Below, one piece after another: positions 1 to 9,127 of a stretch of DNA of 64,000 nt. The stretch's first letter is position 1; the number at the start of each line of letters is the position of its first letter. The DNA comes from an uncultured Actinomycetota bacterium (GTDB lineage Bacteria > Actinomycetota > Actinomycetes > Mycobacteriales > Mycobacteriaceae): contig CAWHZO010000003.1 of assembly GCA_963833915.1 (NCBI GenBank), positions 43,592 through 107,591 on the forward strand, read 5' to 3'. Both the position numbers and the translations under genes were made by a program. A model generated the notes under the pieces. It saw only the letters and a list, made by a program, of their open reading frames with translations. It was not told the origin of the DNA and ran no database searches.

Positions 1-59
1 AAAATGCCGGCCCGATTCGTCTTGGGCTGTCACGATGGGGCTCCGATCGGGTTCAGCCG

Positions 60-908
60 CTAGACGGTCGCGGCGAGCTTGCCGGCCAGTCGCTCCACAT
101 AGGCGGCAATTTCGTCTTCTGACCGGTCGGGCAATCCGAACAGCACCTCGGTCACCCCGAGGTCGGCCCAGTGCGCCAACTTCTCGGGCACCGGCTTGAA
201 GTCCAGTGCCACGATCTGTGGCGCGCCTTCGCGGCCGGCGGCGGCCCAGGTGTCCTGGAGCAACTTCACCGGCTCGTCGATGTCGACGTCGCGTGGAGTG
301 GTGATCCAGCCGTCGGCGCTGCGCGCGATCCACTTGAAGTTCTTCTCGGTGCCGGCCGCCCCGACCAGCACCGGGATGTGCGCCTGCACCGGCTTGGGCC
401 ACGCCCAGCTGGGACCGAACTTGACGAACTCGCCGTCATAGGAGGCTTCTTCTTCGGTCCACAACGCGCGCATCGCTTCGATGTACTCACGCAACATGGT
501 GCGGCGCCGCGCGGGCGGCACATTGTGGTCGGCGAGTTCGTCGGTGTTCCAGCCGAACCCGACGCCCAGGCTGACCCGCCCGCCGGATAGATGATCGAGG
601 GTCGCGATGGACTTCGCCAGCGTGATCGGATCATGTTCAACCGGCAATGCCACCGCGGTGGACAACCGCACCCGCGAGGTGACCGCGCACGCGGCACCGA
701 GGCTGACCCATGGATCCAGCGTGCGCATATAGCGGTCGTCGGGCAGTGATTCGTCACCGGTCGTCGGATGGGCCGCTTCGCGCTTGACCGGGATGTGGGT
801 GTGTTCGGGGACGTAGAAAGTTTGGAACCCGTGGTGGTCGGCAAGGGTGGCAGCCGCCGCCGGGGTGATACCGCGATCGCTGGTGAACAGCACAAGCCCG
901 TAGTCCAT
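60..908 (-). CDS. LLM-class F420-dependent (luciferase-like) oxidoreductase, Rv0953c-like
   Basis: Part of ORF 60..1172. The conserved part begins at MDYGLVLFTSDRGI (ATG at 908), giving about 282 aa. The upstream 88 codons look like a GC-driven extension. Confidence 0.8.
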   Translation of the reverse strand: MDYGLVLFTSDRGITPAAAATLADHHGFQTFYVPEHTHIPVKREAAHPTTGDESLPDDRYMRTLDPWVSLGAACAVTSRVRLSTAVALPVEHDPITLAKSIATLDHLSGGRVSLGVGFGWNTDELADHNVPPARRRTMLREYIEAMRALWTEEEASYDGEFVKFGPSWAWPKPVQAHIPVLVGAAGTEKNFKWIARSADGWITTPRDVDIDEPVKLLQDTWAAAGREGAPQIVALDFKPVPEKLAHWADLGVTEVLFGLPDRSEDEIAAYVERLAGKLAATV

Positions 909-1170
909 GGATGAATTAGAACGTGTTCCAATCTTGCGGGCAAGCACCGGGGGTGTGCACCACCCGCGCGACACCACGCCGAGGTCCGCGCCGCTCTGGT
1001 GCCGACGGTGCGCTAGCGTGGATGATCGGCTCGCGTCGCATCGTCCGTGCCAGCCGCCACCACGGCGTTCGCAGAGCGTTCCGAGGTAGCCTCGCGAGGA
1101 GCGGCGCGAGGGAGCACCACCGCCGCATGACAGTGGCGCCGCAACAGCATTGGAAGGCACAGGAGAAGCC

Positions 1171-2010
1171 ATGACCTACCCGCCCGGCAATCCCGGATAT
1201 CCGCCCGCGCAGTCGACCGGCTCTTACGGGGCCCCCGCCACACCGTCGTTCACGAAATCCGACGACGGTGAAAGCAATCTGAAGCTCTACCTGAACATTG
1301 CGGTGCTGGCTCTCGGCCTGGCCATCTATCTGGTGAGCTACGGCCCGATGATCACCCGCATCCTTCCCAACGGTGACGAGCTCGTCGAAAGCGGCAGCAC
1401 CTTGCCGGTTGACTTGGCATTGCTCGCGGGCCTGCTGGCCGGGGTGAGTTTGTTACCCAAGGCCAAGAACCACTCCGCGGTGGTGGCCTCGGTCGCCATG
1501 CTGGGCGGGTTGCTGCTGATCGAGGACACGATCGGTGCTTCGGGCCGAGGCTGGGCGCTGTGGATCGCCGTGGGCTCCGCCGTGCTCCAGGCCCTGCTCG
1601 CGCTCAGCGCGCTCTTGCTCGACGCCGGCGTCATCACCCCACCGGCGCCACGGCCCAAGTACGACCAGTACGGGCACTACGGCCAGTACGGTTACTACGG
1701 TCAGCAGCAGCCTCCCTACCAGCAGTCCGGATACGGGAGCCAATATGGCGGCTACCCGTCGGGGCCCTCGACCGGCGGGTTCAGCGCCCAGCCGGGACCG
1801 CAGCAGGGCTCACCGCAGGGGCAGCAGCACGGATCGCCCACCCCGCCAACGGGTTTCCCCAGCTTCGGCGCGCCACCGTCATCAGGCTCCGGCGCCCCGG
1901 GTCAGGGAAACTCCGCGGACCACGGCGGTTCGGGCCATGGCCAGCATGCTTACGGCCAGGGGCAGCAGCCGCAGGCGCCGTCCTCCCCGTCGGGCCCGTC
2001 ACAGGCCTAA
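1171..2010 (+). CDS. Membrane protein with Pro/Gln/Gly/Tyr-rich tails, Rv0954-like
   Basis: ORF 1150..2010. ATG at 1171 ([12 protein letters not shown]) follows aggagaag. It has central hydrophobic segments and a low-complexity QQ/PG/YG C-terminus. Confidence 0.7.
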   Translation: MTYPPGNPGYPPAQSTGSYGAPATPSFTKSDDGESNLKLYLNIAVLALGLAIYLVSYGPMITRILPNGDELVESGSTLPVDLALLAGLLAGVSLLPKAKNHSAVVASVAMLGGLLLIEDTIGASGRGWALWIAVGSAVLQALLALSALLLDAGVITPPAPRPKYDQYGHYGQYGYYGQQQPPYQQSGYGSQYGGYPSGPSTGGFSAQPGPQQGSPQGQQHGSPTPPTGFPSFGAPPSSGSGAPGQGNSADHGGSGHGQHAYGQGQQPQAPSSPSGPSQA

Positions 2011-2073
2011 CGGTGCGCTGTCGCGCGCGGCGTACCGGCACCCAGGCGATGTGGTAGTCAGCGTGCGCGAAGT

Positions 2074-3444
2074 GTGACGACGGTGCAGGACAGTCGAACC
2101 GCGGGCGCCCGTCAGGCCCGTGACCTGTTGCGGGTCGCGTTCGGCCCCGCTGTGGTGGCGTTGGTGGTCATCGCGGCAGTGACGCTGCTGCAGCTGGTGA
2201 TCGCCAACAGCGACATGACCGGCGCGCTGGGTGCGATTGCCAGCATGTGGCTCGGCGTGCATCAGGTGCCGATCTCGATCGGTGGCCGCGAATTGGGTGT
2301 GATGCCGCTGTTGCCGGTGCTGCTGATGGTGTGGGGGACTGCGCGCACCACTGCGCACGCCACCCCGTCGACGGCGTCGTGGTTCGTCATTCGGTGGATC
2401 GTCGCGTCGGCCTTGGGTGGACCGTTGCTGATCGCCGCCATCGCATTGGCCGTCATCCACGACGCGGCATCGGTTATCACCGAACTGCAGACACCAAGCG
2501 CCGCGCGCGCCTTCCTGAGTGTGCTGGTCGTCCACGGCGTCGGCGCATCCATCGGGGTGAGCTCGCGGGTGGGCCGCCGGATACTCCGGGCGTCGCCGCT
2601 GCCGGACTGGCTGCCTGATTCGCTACGCGCCGCGACGGCAGGCGTGCTGGCCCTGCTCGGGTTGTCGGGTGTGGTCACGGCCGCCTCGCTGGTCGTGCAC
2701 TGGGGGACGATGCAGGAGCTGTACGCGATCACCAACTCGATTTTCGGCCAGTTCAGCCTGACCCTGTTGTCGGTGCTGTACGTGCCCAACGTCATCGTCG
2801 GGACCGCCGCGATGGCAGTGGGATCCAGCGCTCATCTGGGATTTGCGACGTTCAGCTCGTTCACTGTCTTCGGCGGAGACATCCCGGCGTTGCCGGTGCT
2901 GGCCGCCGCCCCCAACCCCCCGCTGGGGCCGGCATGGGTTGCGCTGCTGATCATCGGCGCATCGTCGGGGGTCGCGGTCGGACAGCAGTGCGCACGCCGG
3001 CCGTTGCCGATTTCAGCGGCGATGGCGAAGTTAGGGATTGCGGCGTTGGTTGCGGCGCTGACCATGGCACTGCTCGGTTTCGCCGGCAGCGGTCGGTTGG
3101 GCAACTTCGGAGACGTCGGAATCGACCAGGGCACTTTCGGGTTCGCGGTATTCCTGTGGTTCACCGCCGTCGGCGCCATCACCGTCGCGATGGCCGGTGG
3201 GATCAGATACCGGCCCAGGAGGCCTCAGCCAGTGCGGTCCGCGCAGTCGCGGACAGAGCCCACCGCCGAACCACGCGTGTCGGCCGACCCGATCATCGAG
3301 TTCGAGGCCGACGATCCGCCGGCGCCTCAGTCTGCCGAGTCTGAGCCGACCGCAGACCGGCCCGCATCGTCGCCGACGGAGTCTGATTGTCCGGCTCCTC
3401 CTCGGGCCGCGGACCGGCCCGCATCGTCGCCGGACGGAGTCTGA
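2074..3444 (+). CDS. perM: Polytopic integral membrane protein PerM (Rv0955-like)
   Basis: 456-aa ORF with many hydrophobic helices, sited immediately upstream of purN as in M. tuberculosis. The stop codon lies inside the 57/58-bp tandem repeat. Confidence 0.8.
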   Translation: MTTVQDSRTAGARQARDLLRVAFGPAVVALVVIAAVTLLQLVIANSDMTGALGAIASMWLGVHQVPISIGGRELGVMPLLPVLLMVWGTARTTAHATPSTASWFVIRWIVASALGGPLLIAAIALAVIHDAASVITELQTPSAARAFLSVLVVHGVGASIGVSSRVGRRILRASPLPDWLPDSLRAATAGVLALLGLSGVVTAASLVVHWGTMQELYAITNSIFGQFSLTLLSVLYVPNVIVGTAAMAVGSSAHLGFATFSSFTVFGGDIPALPVLAAAPNPPLGPAWVALLIIGASSGVAVGQQCARRPLPISAAMAKLGIAALVAALTMALLGFAGSGRLGNFGDVGIDQGTFGFAVFLWFTAVGAITVAMAGGIRYRPRRPQPVRSAQSRTEPTAEPRVSADPIIEFEADDPPAPQSAESEPTADRPASSPTESDCPAPPRAADRPASSPDGV

Positions 3445-3552
3445 TTGTCCGGCTCCTCCTCGGGCCGCGGACCGGCCCGCATCGTCGCCGGACGGAGTCT
3501 GATTGTCCGGCTCCTCCTCGGGCCGCGGACCGGCCCGCATCGTCGCCGGACG
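3355..3552. repeat. MIRU-like tandem repeat, 57/58-bp unit, about 3.4 copies
   Basis: Unit gaccggcccgcatcgtcgccg(g)acggagtctgattgtccggctcctcctcgggccgcg at 3355-3411 (57 bp), 3412-3469 (58), 3470-3527 (58) and partial 3528-3552. Confidence 0.9.
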
Positions 3553-3572
3553 AGGACGATTAGGCTCGCCCT

Positions 3573-4202
3573 GTGCAGCAACCGTTCCGTGTGCCTCCCA
3601 GCGCACCGGCACGATTGGTGGTGCTGGCATCGGGTACCGGTTCGTTGCTGGCGTCCTTGTTAGACGCCACCGTCGGTGACTATCCGGCGCGGGTGGTCGC
3701 CGTTGGCGTCGACCGCGACTGCAAGGCCGCCGAAATCGCTGCCGCCGCGTCCTTGCCGACCTTCCGGGTGCGGCTGGCCGACCACCCCGACCGACAGGCG
3801 TGGGACGCCGCTCTCACCGACGCTGCCGCAGCGTATTCGCCCGACGTCGTGGTCTCGGCGGGATTTATGAAAATCCTTGGACCGCAATTTCTTTCGAAGT
3901 TCCAAGGCCGGATTCTCAATACGCATCCGACACTGCTGCCGGCCTTTCCCGGCGCGCACGGGGTGGCCGACGCGCTGGCCCACGGCGTGAAGATCACCGG
4001 CTGCACGGTGCACCTGGTGGACGCGGGCACCGACACCGGTCCGATACTGGCCCAACAAGCCGTTGCGGTGCTCGACGACGACGATGAGGAGACCCTGCAT
4101 GAGCGCATCAAGGTCACCGAACGGCGGCTGTTGGTGGACGTGATAGCCGCGGTGGCGACCGGCGGCGTGACCTGGATCGGACGAAAGGCGACTATCGGAT
4201 GA
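3573..4202 (+). CDS. purN: Phosphoribosylglycinamide formyltransferase
   Basis: GTG start. Motifs [21 protein letters not shown] and [13 protein letters not shown]. Its stop overlaps the purH ATG (ATGA). Confidence 0.9.
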   Translation: MQQPFRVPPSAPARLVVLASGTGSLLASLLDATVGDYPARVVAVGVDRDCKAAEIAAAASLPTFRVRLADHPDRQAWDAALTDAAAAYSPDVVVSAGFMKILGPQFLSKFQGRILNTHPTLLPAFPGAHGVADALAHGVKITGCTVHLVDAGTDTGPILAQQAVAVLDDDDEETLHERIKVTERRLLVDVIAAVATGGVTWIGRKATIG

Positions 4203-5782
4203 GCAGCGACGACCGGCAGGATTCCGGACGAAGGCCGATCCGCCGCGCATTGATCAGCGTGTACGACAAGACCGGGCTCGTCGAGCTCGCCAGCGGACTA
4301 CACGCGGCCGGTGTCGATATCGTCTCGACCGGCTCGACCGCGAAAACCATCGCCGACAAGGGAATTCCGGTGACCCCGGTGGAAGAGGTAACGGGGTTTC
4401 CTGAGGTACTCGACGGCCGGGTCAAGACTTTGCATCCCAGCGTGCACGCCGGATTGCTGGCCGATCTGCGCAAGCCTGAGCACGCCGCGGCGCTCGAGCA
4501 ACTCGGGATCGCGGCGTTCGAGTTGGTGGTGGTCAACTTGTACCCGTTCAGCGAAACGGTGGACTCCGGAGCGGGTGTCGACGAGTGCGTCGAGCAGATC
4601 GACATCGGCGGACCGTCGATGGTCCGCGCGGCGGCGAAGAACCATCCGAGCGTGGCGGTGGTGACCGACCCGCTCGGCTATGACGGTGTACTGGCCGCGG
4701 TGCACAGCGGAGGATTCACTCTTGCTGAGCGAAAAAGGTTGGCGTCGTTAGCGTTTCGGCACACCGCAGAGTACGACGTCGCGGTGGCCGGCTGGATGGA
4801 GTCGACTCTGGCGCCCGAGCAGCCGGCCGCGGCGTTCCCGGAGTGGTTCGCCGGGACGTGGCGACGCTCGACCCAACTGCGCTACGGCGAGAATCCGCAT
4901 CAGCAGGCCGCACTGTACGTCGATGACGGCGCATGGCCAGGTCTGGCGCAGTCCGAGCAGCTGCACGGAAAAGAGATGTCGTACAACAACTTCACCGATG
5001 CTGACGCGGCCTGGCGGGCTGCCTTCGACCACGAGCAGACCTGCGTGGCGATCATCAAGCACGCCAACCCGTGCGGGATAGCGATCTCGTCGGTCTCGGT
5101 CGCCGACGCGCACCGCAAGGCCCACGCGTGCGATCCGCTCAGCGCGTTCGGCGGAGTGATCGCGGCTAACACCGAGGTCAGCGTGGAGATGGCCGAGTAC
5201 GTGAGCACGATTTTCACCGAGGTGATCGTGGCGCCCGCCTACGCGCCGGGCGCCGTCGACGTGCTGGCACGCAAGAAGAACGTCAGGGTGCTGGTGGCCT
5301 CTGAGCCGCTGGATGACGCCACCGAGCGGCGCCAGATCAGCGGGGGTCTGTTGATCCAGGAGCGTGATCGGATCGACGCGCAGGGCGACAATCCGGACAA
5401 CTGGACGCTGGCGGCCGGTGCCGCGACTGACCCGGCCACTCTGGCGGATCTTGCCTTCGCGTGGCGAACCTGCCGCGCGGTCAAATCCAACGCAATCGTC
5501 ATCGCCGGCGGTGGTGCCACTATCGGCATCGGTATGGGCCAGGTCAACCGAGTCGACGCGGCACGGCTGGCGGTCGAGCGCGGCGGCGATCGGGTGCGCG
5601 GAGCGGTCGCGGCCTCTGATGCGTTCTTCCCGTTCCCGGACGGCCTGGAGACGCTGGCCGCCGCGGGCGTCACCGCGATCGTGCATCCGGGCGGCTCGGT
5701 GCGCGACGACGAAGTGACTGCCGCCGCGGCCAACGCCGGCGTGACGCTCTACCTGACCGGCGCCCGGCACTTCGCCCACTGA
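4199..5782 (+). CDS. purH: Bifunctional AICAR transformylase / IMP cyclohydrolase
   Basis: 527 aa with an MGS-like N-terminal domain ([11 protein letters not shown]) and an AICARFT domain (KHANPCG, NSGG-like end GGSVRD). Confidence 0.95.
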   Translation: MSSDDRQDSGRRPIRRALISVYDKTGLVELASGLHAAGVDIVSTGSTAKTIADKGIPVTPVEEVTGFPEVLDGRVKTLHPSVHAGLLADLRKPEHAAALEQLGIAAFELVVVNLYPFSETVDSGAGVDECVEQIDIGGPSMVRAAAKNHPSVAVVTDPLGYDGVLAAVHSGGFTLAERKRLASLAFRHTAEYDVAVAGWMESTLAPEQPAAAFPEWFAGTWRRSTQLRYGENPHQQAALYVDDGAWPGLAQSEQLHGKEMSYNNFTDADAAWRAAFDHEQTCVAIIKHANPCGIAISSVSVADAHRKAHACDPLSAFGGVIAANTEVSVEMAEYVSTIFTEVIVAPAYAPGAVDVLARKKNVRVLVASEPLDDATERRQISGGLLIQERDRIDAQGDNPDNWTLAAGAATDPATLADLAFAWRTCRAVKSNAIVIAGGGATIGIGMGQVNRVDAARLAVERGGDRVRGAVAASDAFFPFPDGLETLAAAGVTAIVHPGGSVRDDEVTAAAANAGVTLYLTGARHFAH

Positions 5783-5794
5783 CACGCGGGCAGG

Positions 5795-6805
5795 CTAGGC
5801 GCTGAGTTCGTCCTGCATGGCCGTCGCGTAGCGGATGAACGCGGCGACCTCGTCGACCGCGCGGCGGGCATCGGGGTTGACGTCGAAGCTCAGCTGGAAC
5901 ATGTGCATGGCCTTATGCCATTGCTGCACCCAGACTTCGACGTTGTGCGCGCGCAGCCGATCGGCCAGCGCGAAGGTGTCGTTGAGCAGCATCTCGTGGG
6001 TGCCGACTTGCAGCAGGAACGGGCCCAGGCCGCGCAGGTCCGCCTCCGGCGGCATCGTCGGCGGTGGACGGGTGCCGTTGACGGTGGCGAATACGTCGTA
6101 GATGAATTTCACCGTCATGAACGGGAACATCACATCACGGTGATCTTTAAGGGCCCGGTATTTCAGGTCCATGTTCGACGAGGTCAGCGGTGACATCAGT
6201 GCCTGCCCGGCCGGTACCGGGAGCCCGGCATCACGCGCCGCCAGTGCAACGTCGGCGGCCAGCAGACCGCCTGCCGAGTCACCGGCCAGCACGATGCGCT
6301 CTGGGGCGAAGCCCTGCGACAGCGCATGGCGGTAGGCGTCCAACCCGTCGGCGACGGCCTCTTCGATGCTGGCCTGCGGTGCCAACCGATAGCCGACGTT
6401 GAATACCTTCGCGCCGGTCGCGGCGGACAGTCTGCTGACGAAGCGTCGATGCGAGTTGAGCCCGAGGGTCACCAGCGCCGAGCCGTGGAAATAGACGATG
6501 AGCGAGTTCGACTCGCGGGCCTGCGGGGCGACCACCCATTCGGCCGGGCAGTGCGGCAGCGCGACGCGCGTGACGGCGGTGTCCGGCAGCGGCGGAATCA
6601 GCCGCAGCGGTCGGTCGATCAGGTCGAGCCGCGCCCGCTGCAGCCTGTCGGGGCTCACCCGGTTGACGACCATGCCGATGAGGGTCAAGGCGCCCAGCAC
6701 CGGCCGGACGAAGATTGCGGTCAGCAAGGCGATCAGGCTGGACTGCCACGACGCGGGGCCGAAGTGTGCCGTCTCGGGTCGTTCACGCCAATCGGGTGAG
6801 TTCAC
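5795..6805 (-). CDS. Alpha/beta hydrolase, HSL-type esterase/lipase with N-terminal TM segment
   Basis: C-terminal 2/3 of ORF 5795..7159. Motifs YFHGSA and GDSAGG. The proposed GTG start at 6805 (VNSPDWRE...) precedes a hydrophobic helix; the start is uncertain. Confidence 0.65.
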   Translation of the reverse strand: MNSPDWRERPETAHFGPASWQSSLIALLTAIFVRPVLGALTLIGMVVNRVSPDRLQRARLDLIDRPLRLIPPLPDTAVTRVALPHCPAEWVVAPQARESNSLIVYFHGSALVTLGLNSHRRFVSRLSAATGAKVFNVGYRLAPQASIEEAVADGLDAYRHALSQGFAPERIVLAGDSAGGLLAADVALAARDAGLPVPAGQALMSPLTSSNMDLKYRALKDHRDVMFPFMTVKFIYDVFATVNGTRPPPTMPPEADLRGLGPFLLQVGTHEMLLNDTFALADRLRAHNVEVWVQQWHKAMHMFQLSFDVNPDARRAVDEVAAFIRYATAMQDELSA

Positions 6806-7060
6806 GGTACTGAGGGTATCGGGTAGTTGGGCGGTGCTTGTCCGGGCCGACTGTGAGCTTCGTACCGATGTGCGGCGATAGTTGCCTGGGCCACTCCAGT
6901 AGCGCGCACCTGAACGTCGGCCTACCGATCGGCAAAGCATTGCCAAGTGCCGTGCTGGGTCGCCACGATTCCGCGCCCGACAAGATCGGATCGGCCTAGC
7001 ATCGCCAATTGGGCGCATCGACCGCGCCTGTGTAATTCGGAAATTATTCGAGAGGAAGAA

Positions 7061-7624
7061 ATGCGCGCGATAACGAAAAGAACAGCGTCGTTCTCTGTCG
7101 GAATTGCGGTGTTCGCGCTGATCGGCGTGGGTTGCCACAAAGAGAGCAACTCCAGCCAAACTTCAAGTTCTGCAACGTCATCCTCGGCGTCGGCAATGAC
7201 ATCATCGGCTGCCTCGTCGCCGTCAACGACCCCAGCGGCACCAACTTCGACACAGATCAACGGTGCCAATGGCACGCCGTATACCCTGCAGGGACCAATT
7301 CTGGCGAAGTGGGAGAGCCTTAACGACGCTCAAAAGAAGGACTTGGGCGCGCCGTATGACAACGAGAAAAAGACCAAGGATGAGAGCGGTGTCTACCAGC
7401 AGTTCGACGGCGGCGTGCTCATCTACCGCAACGGTGGCCCGGTCTACTTCGTGTGGGGCAAGATCCGCGACGCGTGGAACGCGAACCAGGCGTCGCAGGG
7501 CAAGTTGGGTTACCCGACCGCTGACGAGCAGATGGAGCCCGATGGTTCTTTCAAGTCGACGTTCGAGCACGGCACCATCACGTGGAAGCCGGGCGACGCG
7601 GACGCCACGGTCATCACGGGCTAG
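7061..7624 (+). CDS. Secreted/lipoprotein with LGFP repeats
   Basis: ATG 7061 after gaggaag. Signal peptide ends in GVGC, followed by a Ser/Thr-rich linker and LGFP-like repeats (LGAPYDNE..., LGYPTADE...GTITW). Confidence 0.7.
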   Translation: MRAITKRTASFSVGIAVFALIGVGCHKESNSSQTSSSATSSSASAMTSSAASSPSTTPAAPTSTQINGANGTPYTLQGPILAKWESLNDAQKKDLGAPYDNEKKTKDESGVYQQFDGGVLIYRNGGPVYFVWGKIRDAWNANQASQGKLGYPTADEQMEPDGSFKSTFEHGTITWKPGDADATVITG

Positions 7625-7651
7625 CTAGTCGGTCCTCGCATTGACCCTCGG

Positions 7652-7685
7652 AAGGCCGGGCAAATCCACGCGATTGCCCGGCCTT
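7652..7685 (+). terminator. Stem-loop terminator candidate after the LGFP gene
   Basis: Perfect 12-bp stem aaggccgggcaa / ttgcccggcctt with a 10-nt loop, 28 nt after the stop. There is no long U-tract, as is usual in mycobacteria. Confidence 0.5.
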
Positions 7686-7741
7686 TCCTCCTCGAGAAGA
7701 CCGGGCGCGGTGCCGTATCCGCTGCACCGTCGTAGCGTGGA

Positions 7742-9127
7742 GTGGTGACCGCTGCGAATAACCTGCCCCGCACCGTCGGCGAACTGCGTGCCGCCGGGCA
7801 CCGTGAACGGGGAGTCAAACAAGAAATCCGGGAAAACCTGCTGACCGCGCTGGCCGAGGGTGACGAGATCTGGCCGGGCATCCTGGGCTTCGACGACACC
7901 GTGTTGCCGCAGCTGGAGCGGGCGCTGATCGCGGGCCATGACTTCGTGCTACTCGGTGAACGCGGTCAGGGCAAGACCCGGTTACTGCGGTCACTGGTCG
8001 GCTTGCTCGACGAGTGGACGCCGGTGATCGGGGGCGCCGAGCTCGGCGAGCATCCCTATTCGCCGATCACGCCCGAGTCGATCCGACGGGCCGCCACACT
8101 CGGCGACGACCTACCGGTCGAGTGGCGACACCGCAGCGAGCGCTACACCGAGAAGCTGGCCACTCCCGACACCAGCGTTGCCGACCTGGTCGGCGACATC
8201 GACCCGATCAAGGTTGCCGAAGGCCGCAGCCTGGGAGACCCCGAGACCATCGCCTACGGGCTGATCCCGCGGGCGCACCGCGGCGTCGTCGCGGTCAACG
8301 AGCTGCCCGACCTGGCCGAGCGCATCCAGGTGTCGATGCTCAACGTGATGGAGGAACGCGACATCCAGGTCCGCGGTTACACCTTGCGGCTACCGCTGGA
8401 CGTGCTCGTCGTCGCCAGCGCCAACCCCGAGGACTACACCAACCGCGGCCGCATCATCACCCCGCTCAAGGACCGATTCGGCGCCGAGATCCGCACGCAC
8501 TACCCGCTGGAGCTGGCCGCCGAGGTCGGGGTGATCCGCCAAGAGGCGCATCTGAGCGCCCAAGTGCCGGATTATCTAACCCAGGTGATCGCCCGGTTCG
8601 CCCGCTATTTGCGGGAGTCCAACTCGGTTGATCAGCGATCCGGGGTGTCGGCGCGGTTTGCGATCGCCGCGGCCGAGACGGTTGCCGCCTCCGCCCGGCA
8701 CCGCGGCGCGGTGCTGGGTGAGACCGATCCGGTGGCCCGGGTGGTCGACTTGGGAACGGTCATCGACGTGCTGCGCGGCAAGTTGGAATTCGAGTCCGGG
8801 GAGGAAGGACGCGAACAGGCCGTTCTGGAACACCTGCTGCGCCGCGCCACCGCCGACACCGCATCGAGAGCGCTCGGCGGTCTCGACGTCGGTCCGCTGG
8901 TGGCCGCCGTCGAGGGCGGGTCCGCGGTGACGACGGGTGAACGGGTGTCGGCCAAGGACGTGCTGGCGGCGCTGCCGGATCTGCCGATTATCGAGGCGAT
9001 CGCCCAGCGGCTCGGTGCCGAATCCGAGGGTGAGCGCGCCGCCGCACTGGAATTAGCCTTGGAGGCACTGTATTTGGCCAAGCGCGTCGACAAGGTGTCT
9101 GGGGAAGGCGAAACCGTCTATGGCTAA
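7742..9127 (+). CDS. AAA+ ATPase, magnesium-chelatase/MoxR-like (Rv0958-like)
   Basis: 461 aa with Walker A (GERGQGKT) and Walker B-like (VVAVNELPDL) motifs. Paired with the downstream VWA protein. Confidence 0.85.
   Translation: MVTAANNLPRTVGELRAAGHRERGVKQEIRENLLTALAEGDEIWPGILGFDDTVLPQLERALIAGHDFVLLGERGQGKTRLLRSLVGLLDEWTPVIGGAELGEHPYSPITPESIRRAATLGDDLPVEWRHRSERYTEKLATPDTSVADLVGDIDPIKVAEGRSLGDPETIAYGLIPRAHRGVVAVNELPDLAERIQVSMLNVMEERDIQVRGYTLRLPLDVLVVASANPEDYTNRGRIITPLKDRFGAEIRTHYPLELAAEVGVIRQEAHLSAQVPDYLTQVIARFARYLRESNSVDQRSGVSARFAIAAAETVAASARHRGAVLGETDPVARVVDLGTVIDVLRGKLEFESGEEGREQAVLEHLLRRATADTASRALGGLDVGPLVAAVEGGSAVTTGERVSAKDVLAALPDLPIIEAIAQRLGAESEGERAAALELALEALYLAKRVDKVSGEGETVYG

Noticed and set aside
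3355-3552. Possible CRISPR array (also considered for 18836..18987)
   Set aside because: The units are directly adjacent with no unique spacers, there are no cas genes, and the arrays are only 3-3.4 copies. They are MIRU-type tandem repeats.
4748-5785. 345-aa ORF antisense to purH. Similar long antisense ORFs occur at 23246..24163 opposite mprB, 47346..48308 opposite desA3, 48408..49352 opposite the reductase, and 49473..50144 opposite PAS-ANTAR.
   Set aside because: All lie opposite genes with strong family motifs and have the Arg/Gly/Pro-rich composition expected from stop-codon depletion in high-GC DNA.
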